The notes below the pieces were generated by a model. It searched no databases and was not told the origin of the DNA. It was given only the letters and a program-made list of their open reading frames with translations. A stretch of 64,000 nucleotides of DNA, from NCBI GenBank assembly GCA_041651055.1, contig JBAZJW010000001.1, positions 373,325 through 437,324 of the forward strand, given 5' to 3'. Each line of letters starts with the position of its first letter. Within the stretch, counting starts at the first letter, position 1. This document shows, piece after piece, positions 20,446-29,742 of the stretch. A program made the translations under genes and the position numbers. This DNA comes from Minisyncoccota bacterium (lineage in GTDB: Bacteria > Patescibacteriota > Minisyncoccia > Phycocordibacterales > UBA5272).

Positions 20446-20509
20446 ACTGTCATAGACGGGATTAGAACTCAGGTGGGTGGAAAATAATTTACCTCACCTC
20501 TATTTACAT
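20446..20509. repeat. conserved 3' flank shared with 25390-25453
   Basis: ACTGTCRTAGACGGGATYAGAACTCAG...AAATAATTTACC...TTTACAT; 50/64 identical by manual alignment. Confidence 0.8.
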
Positions 20510-20516
20510 AGTAGCT

Positions 20517-21056
20517 TTATATTAATTTTAATAATAAAGGAAATTCTTTATAGGGTTGGTTATATGTAGTAGACCCCATATGTCCTTCACCTTTGAGTAC
20601 TATCAGTTCGCCTCCAAGTTTTTCTTTCATAATCTTTCCTTGTACATCATCACAACCCCAAGGGTCATTGTCTGAATTTATGAAAATAAATTCTTCGGAA
20701 CGTTGTTTAATCTTCCCCCAATCAAGTTCTGGTTTATTTTCTGAAGTTGTACTTTCTCTTAGAGACTCTGCATACCCAGAAACCAAAATAGCTTTTTTAA
20801 TTTTAATCTCAAGATTTTCAAGGATGCTTAAAATTAATTGTGAACCAGCTGAGTGCCCGATAATAATAGTTTCTTCATTAAATTTTTCTTGCCCCAAGAC
20901 GAAAGGAATCCATTCTTGTAAATTGGGAATATCTTCATTTGGAAGCTGGGGGAGCCAAACTTCGTAACCTTTTTCTTCTAACTTTTCTTTTATGTAAGGA
21001 AACCAAAAATCTGTATTTTTTGTTCCTGTCCCATGAAGTATGGTAGCGTTTTTCAT
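20517..21056 (-). CDS. RBBP9/YdeN family alpha/beta hydrolase
   Basis: ILHG, WFPY, GHSAG, SDNDPW and GHMG. Confidence 0.9.
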   Translation of the reverse strand: MKNATILHGTGTKNTDFWFPYIKEKLEEKGYEVWLPQLPNEDIPNLQEWIPFVLGQEKFNEETIIIGHSAGSQLILSILENLEIKIKKAILVSGYAESLRESTTSENKPELDWGKIKQRSEEFIFINSDNDPWGCDDVQGKIMKEKLGGELIVLKGEGHMGSTTYNQPYKEFPLLLKLI

Positions 21057-21100
21057 TGTCTTATAGTATATCAGTTCCAGTCTTCCTTGTACTTCTCTTT

Positions 21101-21544
21101 CTATTCCAGAGTTTGGCGCGCTGAGGCCAACAAAATCATAGGTTTTGCGATTGGAGAAATTTCTACATCGTCCAATGCATCGAGACTAACAAATTCTGCT
21201 CCGAGAGAATCCTCTCCATCGGGAATAACTTTAATATCATCCGAAGAAAGGGATACTATAAAATACGTACCGAAATGACGAAAAGGTTTACCCATATAAT
21301 TCTCTGTTGTGTATTCATTCTCAGATAAAAATGTCTGTGTAGAAATTTCACACCCAACTTCCTCAATGAATTCTCTTGTAAGCCCTTCTTCCATTGTTTC
21401 CCCTGCTTCCATTCTTCCACCTGGTAAATCGTACATTCCTTTGTATGGTCCACGAGATTTCTTTATCAACAATACTGCATTATCTTTGATGTAAATTCCG
21501 TACACTCCTTTATGCGAATACTCGGGGGTAGTTTCTTGGTTCAT
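21101..21544 (-). CDS. NUDIX hydrolase
   Basis: LPGGRMEAGETMEEGLTREFIEEVG Nudix box. Confidence 0.92.
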   Translation of the reverse strand: MNQETTPEYSHKGVYGIYIKDNAVLLIKKSRGPYKGMYDLPGGRMEAGETMEEGLTREFIEEVGCEISTQTFLSENEYTTENYMGKPFRHFGTYFIVSLSSDDIKVIPDGEDSLGAEFVSLDALDDVEISPIAKPMILLASARQTLE

Positions 21545-21636
21545 AGGAACAGTATAGAAGAAATACTTTTTAGTTTCCAGTTTTTAGTTTTCAGAAGATA
21601 CAAATACAAGGCGAGGCCTTGTATTAAAAATAGTTT

Positions 21637-22374
21637 TTAGTTTTTAGAATCAAGCAGAATGGTAGACGAAGGATTGAATCCTTTAACGACGAGCCAGATA
21701 CCGAGTGAAAATTCAAAGAGTGCTACGAGTAATGCAAATAATCCTGTGATTGGTGCATGTTGTCCGACGACGCCGAATAATATCGCAAGATACCCCACGA
21801 TAAGCACAGGTCCTCCGATGATTCCAATCAAAGAAAGGCCGCGAGGCACGAGGCGTGATTGATACAAAAGGACACCCAACAAAATGTCATTTATTGCTGG
21901 TAAGAAACTTTGACCAAGAAGGAAGATGCGATCATATAATATGGCGAGTGTGTGACCAGTAACGAGAGCCGCTGCTCCCGCACCCTCTTGTCGCAAAGCA
22001 ACAATCGACAAAAGAAAAGCTACACCGACAAACATAGTGCTTGCTTCTAGAATTCTGGATGCAACGAGACCTAATGCGAGTGTTTCATTCTGCTTTTTGA
22101 GCAATGGGAATAATACAATAGCCGTACCGATACCAGCGAGAGCCACGATGATTTCCGAAATACCTCCGATGATCATTGCTGTATCGGGGCCAACGCCGAG
22201 AATATAGCCAGCACTTTTTACTTGTCCATAGAGTGCAAGTGTTGGTATCGAAACAAAAGTGAGTAGATATAGCAAGCCTGCCGTTAATGATATTTTTCTT
22301 GAGGGTGATAAAACTTTCTTATATACCCCTTCCGTTCCAACAGTCTTCTCATTTCCAATTATTTTTTGTTCCAT
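21637..22374 (-). CDS. DUF4386-like membrane protein
   Basis: AGLLYLLTF, YQSRLVPR and FEFSLGIWLVVKGF. Confidence 0.8.
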   Translation of the reverse strand: MEQKIIGNEKTVGTEGVYKKVLSPSRKISLTAGLLYLLTFVSIPTLALYGQVKSAGYILGVGPDTAMIIGGISEIIVALAGIGTAIVLFPLLKKQNETLALGLVASRILEASTMFVGVAFLLSIVALRQEGAGAAALVTGHTLAILYDRIFLLGQSFLPAINDILLGVLLYQSRLVPRGLSLIGIIGGPVLIVGYLAILFGVVGQHAPITGLFALLVALFEFSLGIWLVVKGFNPSSTILLDSKN

Positions 22375-22436
22375 ATATCAATGGTAACACAGTTCAAATG
22401 AATATGCTGATATGGGATATTTGATATAATCATTGT

Positions 22437-22688
22437 ATGATAAAGAAAAACATCAGTAACGGTGTGGCACATAAAGTGCCGACGGACCTACGAAGCATCA
22501 TCACTTCTATCTCAGATGTACATGAAGTGTGGGAAGATATCACTCCTCTCGCGCGCAATGAATGGATATGTTGGATTGAGTCTGCTAAAAAAGTAGAGAC
22601 CAGAGCTCGCAGAATAAAGACACTCGGTGAGAACCTGAGGGCCGGAAAACGGAGACCTTGTTGCTGGGCGGGGTGCATGCATCGGTAA
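22437..22688 (+). CDS. YdeI/OmpD-associated family protein
   Basis: VPTDL, WEDITPLARNEWICWIESAKKVETRARRI and RRPCCWAGC. Confidence 0.85.
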   Translation: MIKKNISNGVAHKVPTDLRSIITSISDVHEVWEDITPLARNEWICWIESAKKVETRARRIKTLGENLRAGKRRPCCWAGCMHR

Positions 22689-22715
22689 TTTGATCCATTG
22701 CGTACAATACACAGC

Positions 22716-22964
22716 AGGAGGAGTCGGTCACCACTAGGGTATTTTTGTTTTGCACTTCGTGTTCACAAAAATACTCCTAGTCCTGACCACGGGAAAAACC
22801 GACAAAATTATTTAATAGAGGAGTCGGTCACAAAATCAGCTCCTTTGTCGCAGATGATTTTCCGACCCGTATTCGACTCCTCTCGAAAGCCAAGCAGTTG
22901 GCTTTCTTATCGCCCACTCATATACAAAAAGAAACATCGTATGATGTTTCTTTTTGTATATGAG
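22716..22964 (-). repeat. tRNA-Val 3'-associated structured element
   Basis: Long hairpin, antisense copy of the tRNA 3' end (22872-22916) split by AGAAAGCCAA-CTGC-TTGGCTTTCG, then partial direct repeats GACTCCTC(TAT). Confidence 0.8.
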
Positions 22965-23037
22965 TGGGCGATAGAGGAGTCGAACCTCTGACATCCACAA
23001 CGTCAATGTGGCGCTCTACCAACTGAGCTAACCGCCC
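22965..23037 (-). tRNA. tRNA-Val(GAC)
   Basis: GGGCGGTTAGCTCAGTTGGTAGAGCG CCACA-TTGACGT-TGTGG ...GGTTCGACTCCTCTATCGCCCA; no encoded CCA. Confidence 0.95.
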
Positions 23038-23205
23038 TTATTAATATCTCTACTACCTGCAGGTCTTGTACACGTTTTGATATATCTACCAACTGTATCG
23101 AAAGTTTACTAACTTTCGGCATCTTCGCGCAATTACACGTCTCGTGTCCTTCGTCTGGTGACTACGGACATCTTCGGTGCTCTTCGCACCTCGAGCTAAC
23201 CGCCC
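23038..23205 (-). repeat. tRNA-Val 5'-associated element (interrupted copy of tRNA nt 1-23)
   Basis: GGGCGGTTAGCTC-[~98 nt]-AGTTGGTAGA; 23120-23203 is identical to 53875-53958. Confidence 0.85.
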
Positions 23206-23341
23206 CTCCATCATCTCTAACTGTCCTAATACACTAAACTATACCATACAAAAGGAGAGGTCCAAAAGTTGAAAGAAACGACTTTTTGTGGTAGTATATT
23301 TTTTACTTGGCCACCATCTTTTCTGATATGGACAAGAAGAC

Positions 23342-23413
23342 GGCCCCATCGTCTATCGGTTAGGACACCGGCTTTTCATGCCGGTAAGCGGAGTTCGACT
23401 CTCCGTGGGGTCA
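23342..23413 (+). tRNA. tRNA-Glu(TTC)
   Basis: GGCCCCATCGTCTATCGGTTAGGACA CCGGC-TTTTCAT-GCCGG ..GAGTTCGACTCTCCGTGGGGTCA; no encoded CCA. Confidence 0.95.
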
Positions 23414-23658
23414 TGGTACAAAAATGAGCTAAGCAGAAATGCTTGGCCATTTTTGTTCATGACCCCAAGAAAGACAACTGCTTGTCTTTCGACGGAGAGT
23501 CGAAAGGGCACAGTTCAAGGAGCGAAGAGCACCGAAGATGTCCGTAGCCAGCAGGCGTAGGGCAAAAATAGATAGAGCAAGCGAAACCACGAGCGGCGGC
23601 CGGCGAACTTTTTGAGCGGCGGCGAGAAAAGATTTGTCGGAGACTCTCCGTGGGGTCA
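23414..23658 (+). repeat. tRNA-Glu 3'-associated structured element
   Basis: Hairpin, antisense 3' end (23460-23504) split by AGAAAGACAA-CTGC-TTGTCTTTCG, conserved AAACCACGAGCGGCGGCCGGCGA, and direct repeat GACTCTCCGTGGGGTCA (23642-23658). Confidence 0.85.
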
Positions 23659-23695
23659 CAATAAGCAAAGTTCATGGTAAAATAAGGTTATATAC

Positions 23696-24388
23696 ATGAT
23701 TAGTTTTTTAGTCACACATCCGTATTTTACGTCCACTTTAATTCTTATTCCTTTTTGGGTAACACTATTCATCACAAGAAAAGAATCCCGTGCAGAAATG
23801 CTTACAATGGGAAAATATTTAGGTCTTTGCGGGTTTATACTTTCTAGCACTTCTTTGAGAGACTACTGGCACCCAGCATTTATCTTTGGGCCATTTCATA
23901 TGGAAGAAATTCTATACGGTTTTTTGTTTGGTGGTGTTTGTGTTGAAGTAGCAAAGATTTTTTTTAAAGAAAAATATAGACACCACCCCAGACGTTTATC
24001 TTTTTTATTTTTTACTATTATTATTTCTTACGTTATGCTGAAAGTTGGTATAACCTACTTGCAGATAAACTCTATCTATATATATTGTATAGTTTTAGTT
24101 TTTATGGGACTTGCCTGCTACACGCTCGACAGAAAAATCTTACCTCTGCAGTTAACATCAGGACTGCTGGCATTGATTCTAACTTTCACAGTTTTTAAGA
24201 TAGCTCTTTTAGTAAGTCCTAATTTTATACATGACACATGGAAACTAGAAAATATTTCTGGAGTACTCTTTTCTGGGATCCCTTTAGAAGAATACATCTT
24301 TGCTTTTCTACTGGGCTTTGGGGGTTCTAGTTACTATGAAACTTATGAGGGGATTGATGTTACTTCTACAAAACTAAGATTCACTTAA
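23696..24388 (+). CDS. membrane protein with lycopene-cyclase-like domain
   Basis: Polytopic; DYWHP, MEEILYGF and W..ENISGVLFSGIPLEEYIF. Confidence 0.65.
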   Translation: MISFLVTHPYFTSTLILIPFWVTLFITRKESRAEMLTMGKYLGLCGFILSSTSLRDYWHPAFIFGPFHMEEILYGFLFGGVCVEVAKIFFKEKYRHHPRRLSFLFFTIIISYVMLKVGITYLQINSIYIYCIVLVFMGLACYTLDRKILPLQLTSGLLALILTFTVFKIALLVSPNFIHDTWKLENISGVLFSGIPLEEYIFAFLLGFGGSSYYETYEGIDVTSTKLRFT

Positions 24389-24485
24389 GTTTATACAGAA
24401 TGCCGTAAAGCCTCTTAAATCTCCAACAATAGCTTTCCAATTTTGGATACATACACATCCCCCTTTGTGCTACCATATCCATATC

Positions 24486-25367
24486 ATGAAAAAAGGTTGG
24501 ATTATCTATAATGGAAACTTGGCGAATCGGCCAGTATTCACTTCTCATGTGAAGTGGTTTATCGATACCGCCAAAGAGCACAATATTCTTCTCGAAGCAA
24601 AGAAGAACACGGATATTTTGTACACGTTATCTAATGACGTAACGACAAATAGTTTCAAAGAATACAAACCGGACTTCGTCATCTTTTTCGATAAAGATGT
24701 CAGACTCGCACAGTCTCTGGAAAATCTAGGAGTAAAAGTCTTCAACACAAGTCGTGCTATAGAAATATGCGACGATAAAACACTCATGCATATTGTCTTA
24801 GCAAAAAATAACATACGAACACCTCGCACCATACTCTGCCCAAAAGCTTTTCGCACATTCACCGAATCAGAGCTTGGATTTTTGAAGGATGTCGCATCAC
24901 AACTCTCCCTCCCTCTCGTGATCAAAGAAGCTTTTGGCTCTGCAGGCAATGAAGTGTATTTGATACACACCAAAGAAGAACTTATACGAAAAACAATAGA
25001 CCTCTCCCCTTCGCCCATATTATTCCAAGAGTACATACAGGAAAGTAAGGGCAAAGACATCAGAGTGTATATCGTAGGAGGAGAATTCGTCGGTGCGGTT
25101 ATGAGAAGCAATACGAATGACTGGAGGGCGAACGCTCCGAGTGGGTGTACCATGACCTCATATACACCAAGTGAAGAAGAAATACTCCTCGCACAAAAAG
25201 CGTGCAAAGCTATCGGGTTGGACTTCGCCGGCGTTGATATTCTTTTCGGGAAAGACGGACCTATTGTGTGTGAAGTAAACAGTAATGCTCACATGCAACG
25301 ATTTTATGAATTCACCGGCATCGATGTGGTCAGAAAAATTGTTGAATATGTGCTTCTTAAAGTCTAG
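24486..25367 (+). CDS. RimK-family ATP-grasp ligase
   Basis: CDDK, PLVIKEAFGSAG, FQEYI, DIRVYIVG, WRAN and DFAGVDILF..CEVNSN. Confidence 0.92.
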   Translation: MKKGWIIYNGNLANRPVFTSHVKWFIDTAKEHNILLEAKKNTDILYTLSNDVTTNSFKEYKPDFVIFFDKDVRLAQSLENLGVKVFNTSRAIEICDDKTLMHIVLAKNNIRTPRTILCPKAFRTFTESELGFLKDVASQLSLPLVIKEAFGSAGNEVYLIHTKEELIRKTIDLSPSPILFQEYIQESKGKDIRVYIVGGEFVGAVMRSNTNDWRANAPSGCTMTSYTPSEEEILLAQKACKAIGLDFAGVDILFGKDGPIVCEVNSNAHMQRFYEFTGIDVVRKIVEYVLLKV

Positions 25368-25389
25368 AAAACTTACGAAAGATGTGTGT

Positions 25390-25453
25390 ACTGTCGTAGA
25401 CGGGATCAGAACTCAGATGATGAGGAAATAATTTACCCTACTCTTGTTTACAT
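25390..25453. repeat. conserved 3' flank shared with 20446-20509
   Basis: Second copy of the 64-nt flank at 20446. Confidence 0.8.
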
Positions 25454-26011
25454 TGTATCTTTAATAAATACTTTCATCATCAATATAAATAAAATATGGA
25501 GTATTACTGGCACGACTAAGCTTGTGGTGATATAAAAACTTAGTCCTAAAAAAATACCAGCCAAAAAAGTCATAGCGACTAATTTCCAATTCCAATTTCT
25601 TAGACTGAGACCTTTAGCTCCATTCAGGATGTGGGCAACTCCAAAAATTAGTGAAGATATGACTATGATGGAAATAGTGCTTTGAAAAAACAAGGACAAG
25701 TGTGTCTGGATAATACCCCTAAAAAGAATTTCCTCTGGAACTGCAATCAGTAAACTTGCATACAAAATAATTATAGGTAACCTAGATAAGTTTCTTTTAT
25801 TAAAACCAACTGTTCCAAACTTCAAAAGATAGTTGGCAACAAAGAATACAATTAGTGACACAGCCAACAAAAGAAACAGTACGATTAAGTCCTTAGCATT
25901 AAAAGCAAAGAGTGTTCGTGGTAATTCAGTAAAAAAGAAAAAATATATACAGAAAAGTAAATAGAAAGAAACTATGATTGCATGGTATTTGGACTTAAGT
26001 AGAGCCTTCAT
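25448..26011 (-). CDS. CPBP/Abi family intramembrane metalloprotease
   Basis: PEEILFRG, FGVAH and PVILH motifs. Confidence 0.9.
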   Translation of the reverse strand: MKALLKSKYHAIIVSFYLLFCIYFFFFTELPRTLFAFNAKDLIVLFLLLAVSLIVFFVANYLLKFGTVGFNKRNLSRLPIIILYASLLIAVPEEILFRGIIQTHLSLFFQSTISIIVISSLIFGVAHILNGAKGLSLRNWNWKLVAMTFLAGIFLGLSFYITTSLVVPVILHILFILMMKVFIKDTM

Positions 26012-26135
26012 TTTGAAATAAAGTATACCAGTTCCAATCCTCTTTGTTTTTCTAAACGGTATACGAGAGTAGGCCGTATTCCTTTATAGACTTTCAACTT
26101 TATGAACTTTTCACTCCTCTTGGTATACTCTCTCT

Positions 26136-26390
26136 ATGATTGAACCAGAATTACAAGCACACCTAGAAAGCATCGAAAAAGAAATTATCGCCTTTCGAAA
26201 TGAATCCAACGGACTCGCTAGCACATTTACGCGTGGCGTTGTTCATGGTGCAGGATACGTCATCGGCGTTGTCCTCATCATTATCGTCATCGGATGGATT
26301 TTGAATATTGTCGGCGTTATTCCTGCCCTTAATACACAAGTATCAGAATTCCGTGCAGCACTCGATCGTATTGGTGGCCCAGTGAAATAG
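26136..26390 (+). CDS. small membrane protein (DUF5665-like)
   Basis: FTRGVVHGAGYVIG plus a TM segment; TGGTATACT 6 nt before the ATG. Confidence 0.65.
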   Translation: MIEPELQAHLESIEKEIIAFRNESNGLASTFTRGVVHGAGYVIGVVLIIIVIGWILNIVGVIPALNTQVSEFRAALDRIGGPVK

Positions 26391-26456
26391 TAAATATTTA
26401 TTTGTATTTATTGTATTTCCTTTATGGACTTTCGACTTTATAGACTTTTAACTAGT

Positions 26457-26903
26457 CTAGTTATGGTGGTACTTCTCTCCTTTTAGAATAGTAAAGGCTC
26501 TGTAGAGTTGCTCCACGAGAATCACTCGCACAAGCATATGAGGAAAAACAAGGTTGGATAATTTCCATGTGTAATTCGCACGTTCCATGATCATGTCTGA
26601 TACACCGTAGGCCCCACCAATAATAAATAGCATTCGTCTCACAGAATCCACCATGCGATTTTCCACCAACTCTGCCAAGGCTTCACTTTTTATATCCCTC
26701 CCTTTTTCGTCAAGCAGCACCACATAATCTTCTTTCTTAAGGAGTGACATTATTTTTTCCCCTTCTTTTTCCTTCGTACTATCGTGTGGGATATATATCC
26801 ATTCAATGGGCACATATCGTAAAATACGCATTTCAAAATGCTTAATTATTTCCTGCGACAGGTCATCTTTTTCTTTTCCCACGCTCATTATGGCGAGTTT
26901 CAT
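26457..26903 (-). CDS. rlmH: 23S rRNA m3Psi1915 methyltransferase
   Basis: LDEKG, FIIGGAYG and FPHMLVRVILVEQLYRAFTILKGEKYH. Confidence 0.96.
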   Translation of the reverse strand: MKLAIMSVGKEKDDLSQEIIKHFEMRILRYVPIEWIYIPHDSTKEKEGEKIMSLLKKEDYVVLLDEKGRDIKSEALAELVENRMVDSVRRMLFIIGGAYGVSDMIMERANYTWKLSNLVFPHMLVRVILVEQLYRAFTILKGEKYHHN

Positions 26904-26945
26904 TATGCTATACTCTACGACATATAGACGAACTAGGCAACCCCT

Positions 26946-27962
26946 ATGACACGACGAATCACCCTTTCATTCACCTTTTACACGATGATCATAAGCACTA
27001 TGATTATTCTTATTTTGTTCATAGGAATGAGTTTTGCTGGATACAAACTGTACAAAAAAGTACTCGCTACCGAGGCAGCGCAAAAAGCAATTCTCGAAAC
27101 ACAAGATAAAGAACGCCTCGCCCAAGAACAAAAAGCTGAAAGCCTTTTACAGACACAACAGCAAGCCCTTGATCAAGCAAAGGCAGAACTTGTACAAACC
27201 AAAACAGAAGCAGCCAAGACAAGCGCTCAAATAAAAACACTCAGTAAGACATTGGATGAACAAGTAAAAGCTCCAAAAGATATTATCATCTCATCGTCTG
27301 ATCTCTCATCCTATGTGACAGGCGTCGTACAAGTAATCTGTGCGAACCCAACAGGTATATCAAGTGGTAGTGGTACTTTGTGGACATTTAAAGAAGTACC
27401 ACATGCTGTCGTCACGAATTATCATGTAGTGAAGGATGCGACCAAGTGTGCTATTTCTATCACCAACAGTGCGAACGCTACGACAGGACTCTTCGCTGTA
27501 AAAGGCTCAATACTGACATTTAATAAAAATACCGATGAAGCTATTCTTGAAATAGGGGCATCTATCTCACCGACGAGCGTGCCACTTGATAATTACAATT
27601 ACGCACTCTCCAAGCTTCGTCAGTGCACCACAAATATGGCCGTCGGCTCCCCTACCGTTATCATAGGTTACCCCGCATATGCAAAGAGAGATTCAACTAT
27701 CACAGTGGACTCTATCGGTACGGTTAATGTAATTTATCGTACGACAACCAACGGGATTATTTCTGGATACGATACATCACAAAAAGGAGAGCCGAACTAT
27801 TTCGTCTCTGCAAAAATAGATAACGGAAACTCAGGCGGTATGGCTATTGCTAAAGATTCTTCTGGCCTCTGTATCTTGGGTCTTCCAACATGGCTCACGG
27901 TGGGTAATTACGAAACGCAAGGTCTCGTTCAAAATATAAAAAATATACTTCCCGCAAATTAA
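26946..27962 (+). CDS. membrane-anchored trypsin-like serine protease with coiled coil
   Basis: SGSG, TNYHVV, DEAIL and GNSGG; N-terminal TM segment. Confidence 0.85.
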   Translation: MTRRITLSFTFYTMIISTMIILILFIGMSFAGYKLYKKVLATEAAQKAILETQDKERLAQEQKAESLLQTQQQALDQAKAELVQTKTEAAKTSAQIKTLSKTLDEQVKAPKDIIISSSDLSSYVTGVVQVICANPTGISSGSGTLWTFKEVPHAVVTNYHVVKDATKCAISITNSANATTGLFAVKGSILTFNKNTDEAILEIGASISPTSVPLDNYNYALSKLRQCTTNMAVGSPTVIIGYPAYAKRDSTITVDSIGTVNVIYRTTTNGIISGYDTSQKGEPNYFVSAKIDNGNSGGMAIAKDSSGLCILGLPTWLTVGNYETQGLVQNIKNILPAN

Positions 27963-27988
27963 AATATAGATTCTGGTATACTGCTCTT

Positions 27989-29170
27989 ATGATTTTACTC
28001 GCCATTGAAACAAGTTGCGATGAGACCGCTGTGTCCATTGTAAAACGAGTACGAGGTAATCGTCTCCGTTTTGAAGTACTGTCACACAAAGTACTATCTC
28101 AAACAGATCTCCACGCAGAATACGGAGGAGTTTTTCCCATGCTCGCAAAACGTGAACATGCGAAAGCGCTCACCCAGCTCATAGCGGAATGTCTCGAAGA
28201 GGCAGACCTTCTTGTTGAACGTGCGAATACCTATCACATTCCAAACACCGAACGTAAAAAATTAGAAACACTTTTTGAACGTGAACCGGATATGCTTGCA
28301 GCTATGAAGATTCTTTTTGAAGGAATACAAAAACCAGCAATCGACGCGATAGCGGTCACCCAAGGACCAGGACTTGAGCCAGCGCTATGGGTGGGCATCA
28401 ATGGTGCTCTTGCACTCCATATGGTGTGGGATGTCCCATTGTATCCAATAAATCACATGGAAGGCCATATTATGGCCAGCACGTTATCTCACAAGGACGG
28501 TGTGTACGAAATGCCAGAAATCGCCTATCCGGCCTGTGCGCTTCTCATTTCTGGAGGACATACAGAGCTCGTACGTATTGCTAAACTTCGTTCATATAAA
28601 GTGATAGGAAAAACACGTGATGATGCTGTTGGTGAAGCGTTTGATAAAGCAGCTCGCATGCTTGGACTACCTTACCCTGGAGGCCCAGAAATATCTCGCC
28701 TTGCCGAACATGCTCGTAATGAAAGTCTTGTCGTTGATGAAGACCTTCGACTACCTAGGCCCATGCTACACAGTGGCGACCTAGCCTTTTCATTTAGTGG
28801 ACTGAAAACTGCGGTACTTGTGCGTGTAAATAAGAGGCAACCCCTTAATGATGCGACGAAGAAAATGCTCGCACTTGAATTTGAAAATGCAGTAACCGAT
28901 GTGCTTGTTACAAAAGTAAAACAAGCTATGTATGAATTGCGTGCCGAGACACTTATTGTCGGTGGTGGGGTGAGTGCGAATACACACATACGAGAAGCAC
29001 TGCTGTCGCTTTCTGAAAGCGAAAATTTTACACTCTTTGTTCCAGAAAAATCCCTATCGACAGACAACGGCCTTATGATCGCAGCAACAGGGTTACTTCA
29101 CGTCGCCGTAGATGTCGAATCAAAAGTAAAGCTGAAAGCGAACGGAGCGTGGTCAATAGAGAACAGTTAG
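27989..29170 (+). CDS. tsaD: tRNA t6A carbamoyltransferase TsaD
   Basis: AIETSCDETA, GPGL, NHMEGH, SGGHT, DDAVGEAFDK and TDNGLMIA. Confidence 0.97.
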   Translation: MILLAIETSCDETAVSIVKRVRGNRLRFEVLSHKVLSQTDLHAEYGGVFPMLAKREHAKALTQLIAECLEEADLLVERANTYHIPNTERKKLETLFEREPDMLAAMKILFEGIQKPAIDAIAVTQGPGLEPALWVGINGALALHMVWDVPLYPINHMEGHIMASTLSHKDGVYEMPEIAYPACALLISGGHTELVRIAKLRSYKVIGKTRDDAVGEAFDKAARMLGLPYPGGPEISRLAEHARNESLVVDEDLRLPRPMLHSGDLAFSFSGLKTAVLVRVNKRQPLNDATKKMLALEFENAVTDVLVTKVKQAMYELRAETLIVGGGVSANTHIREALLSLSESENFTLFVPEKSLSTDNGLMIAATGLLHVAVDVESKVKLKANGAWSIENS

Positions 29171-29220
29171 GGGAAGTTTTTAGTTTCCAGTTTTTAGTTT
29201 TTAGAAAAATACACAGACTA

Positions 29221-29270
29221 ATAACAAGGGGTACCCTTGTAGTCCAAATTTACAAGGGTACCCCTTGTTA
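29221..29270. repeat. REP-like doublet palindrome ACAAGGGGTACCCTTGT
   Basis: Two inverted units. Related CAAGGYGAGGYCTTG units occur at ~20413, ~21605 and 32069-32112. Confidence 0.7.
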
Positions 29271-29523
29271 TATGATACAGAGACGAAAGAAAAGCGATAT
29301 CTTACGATATCGCTTTTCTTCTGCCTCGCACCCAATTGTGGTGAGCGTGGCATGCTCCAAAGATAAATGCCTTATGTGAGCGCGGTCGCCCACCGCAATT
29401 GCTTGCGAGGGGGTTCCACAGGATCCAGTTTACAATTTTTAGTTTCAAGTTACAAGTAAGCTAGTCCATAAAGTCCTTAAGGTTTGTAAAGTCTACAAAG
29501 TAATACAAATACTTTAAGCGCCA

Positions 29524-29650
29524 TTTCAGGTCTAAAATTGTACCGAATACGAGGCGGTGAATATTTTTTCGACTAAGACGTACAAGAGTACGTTGCATGG
29601 AGAAAAAAATATTCACCAACAAAGTAGGCGGTATGATTTTAGACCTGAAA
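29524..29650. mobile_element. ERIC/RPE-like palindromic element, copy 3
   Basis: TTTCAGGTCTAAAAT...ATTTTAGACCTGAAA ends, with TACGAGGC-stem-GACTAAGACGTACAAGAGTACG-stem-AACAAAGTAG. Confidence 0.75.
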
Positions 29651-29742
29651 CGTAAATGGCCATCTTTCGATGACCATTTGCGCAGGCATTCATTTATCTT
29701 GTAAGCACACCGTTTACGCGGCTCACGTATATGAGTGTACTA

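Noticed and set aside
23414-23658. Prophage or genomic island at tRNA att sites, or classical tRNA introns
   Set aside because: The duplicated ends enclose only ~200-230 bp with no integrase, and each tRNA gene is already complete and uninterrupted.
22698-23675. ORFs across the tRNA-associated elements (also 53312-53674 and 53808-54089)
   Set aside because: They overlap tRNAs and structured repeats; their shared peptide GAKSTEDVRS simply reflects the DNA repeat.
29320-29735. RNase P RNA, SRP RNA or tmRNA
   Set aside because: I could not find GAGGAAAGTCC / ACAGAA..CGGCTTA, the SRP GGAA-loop motif or tmRNA ends on either strand.
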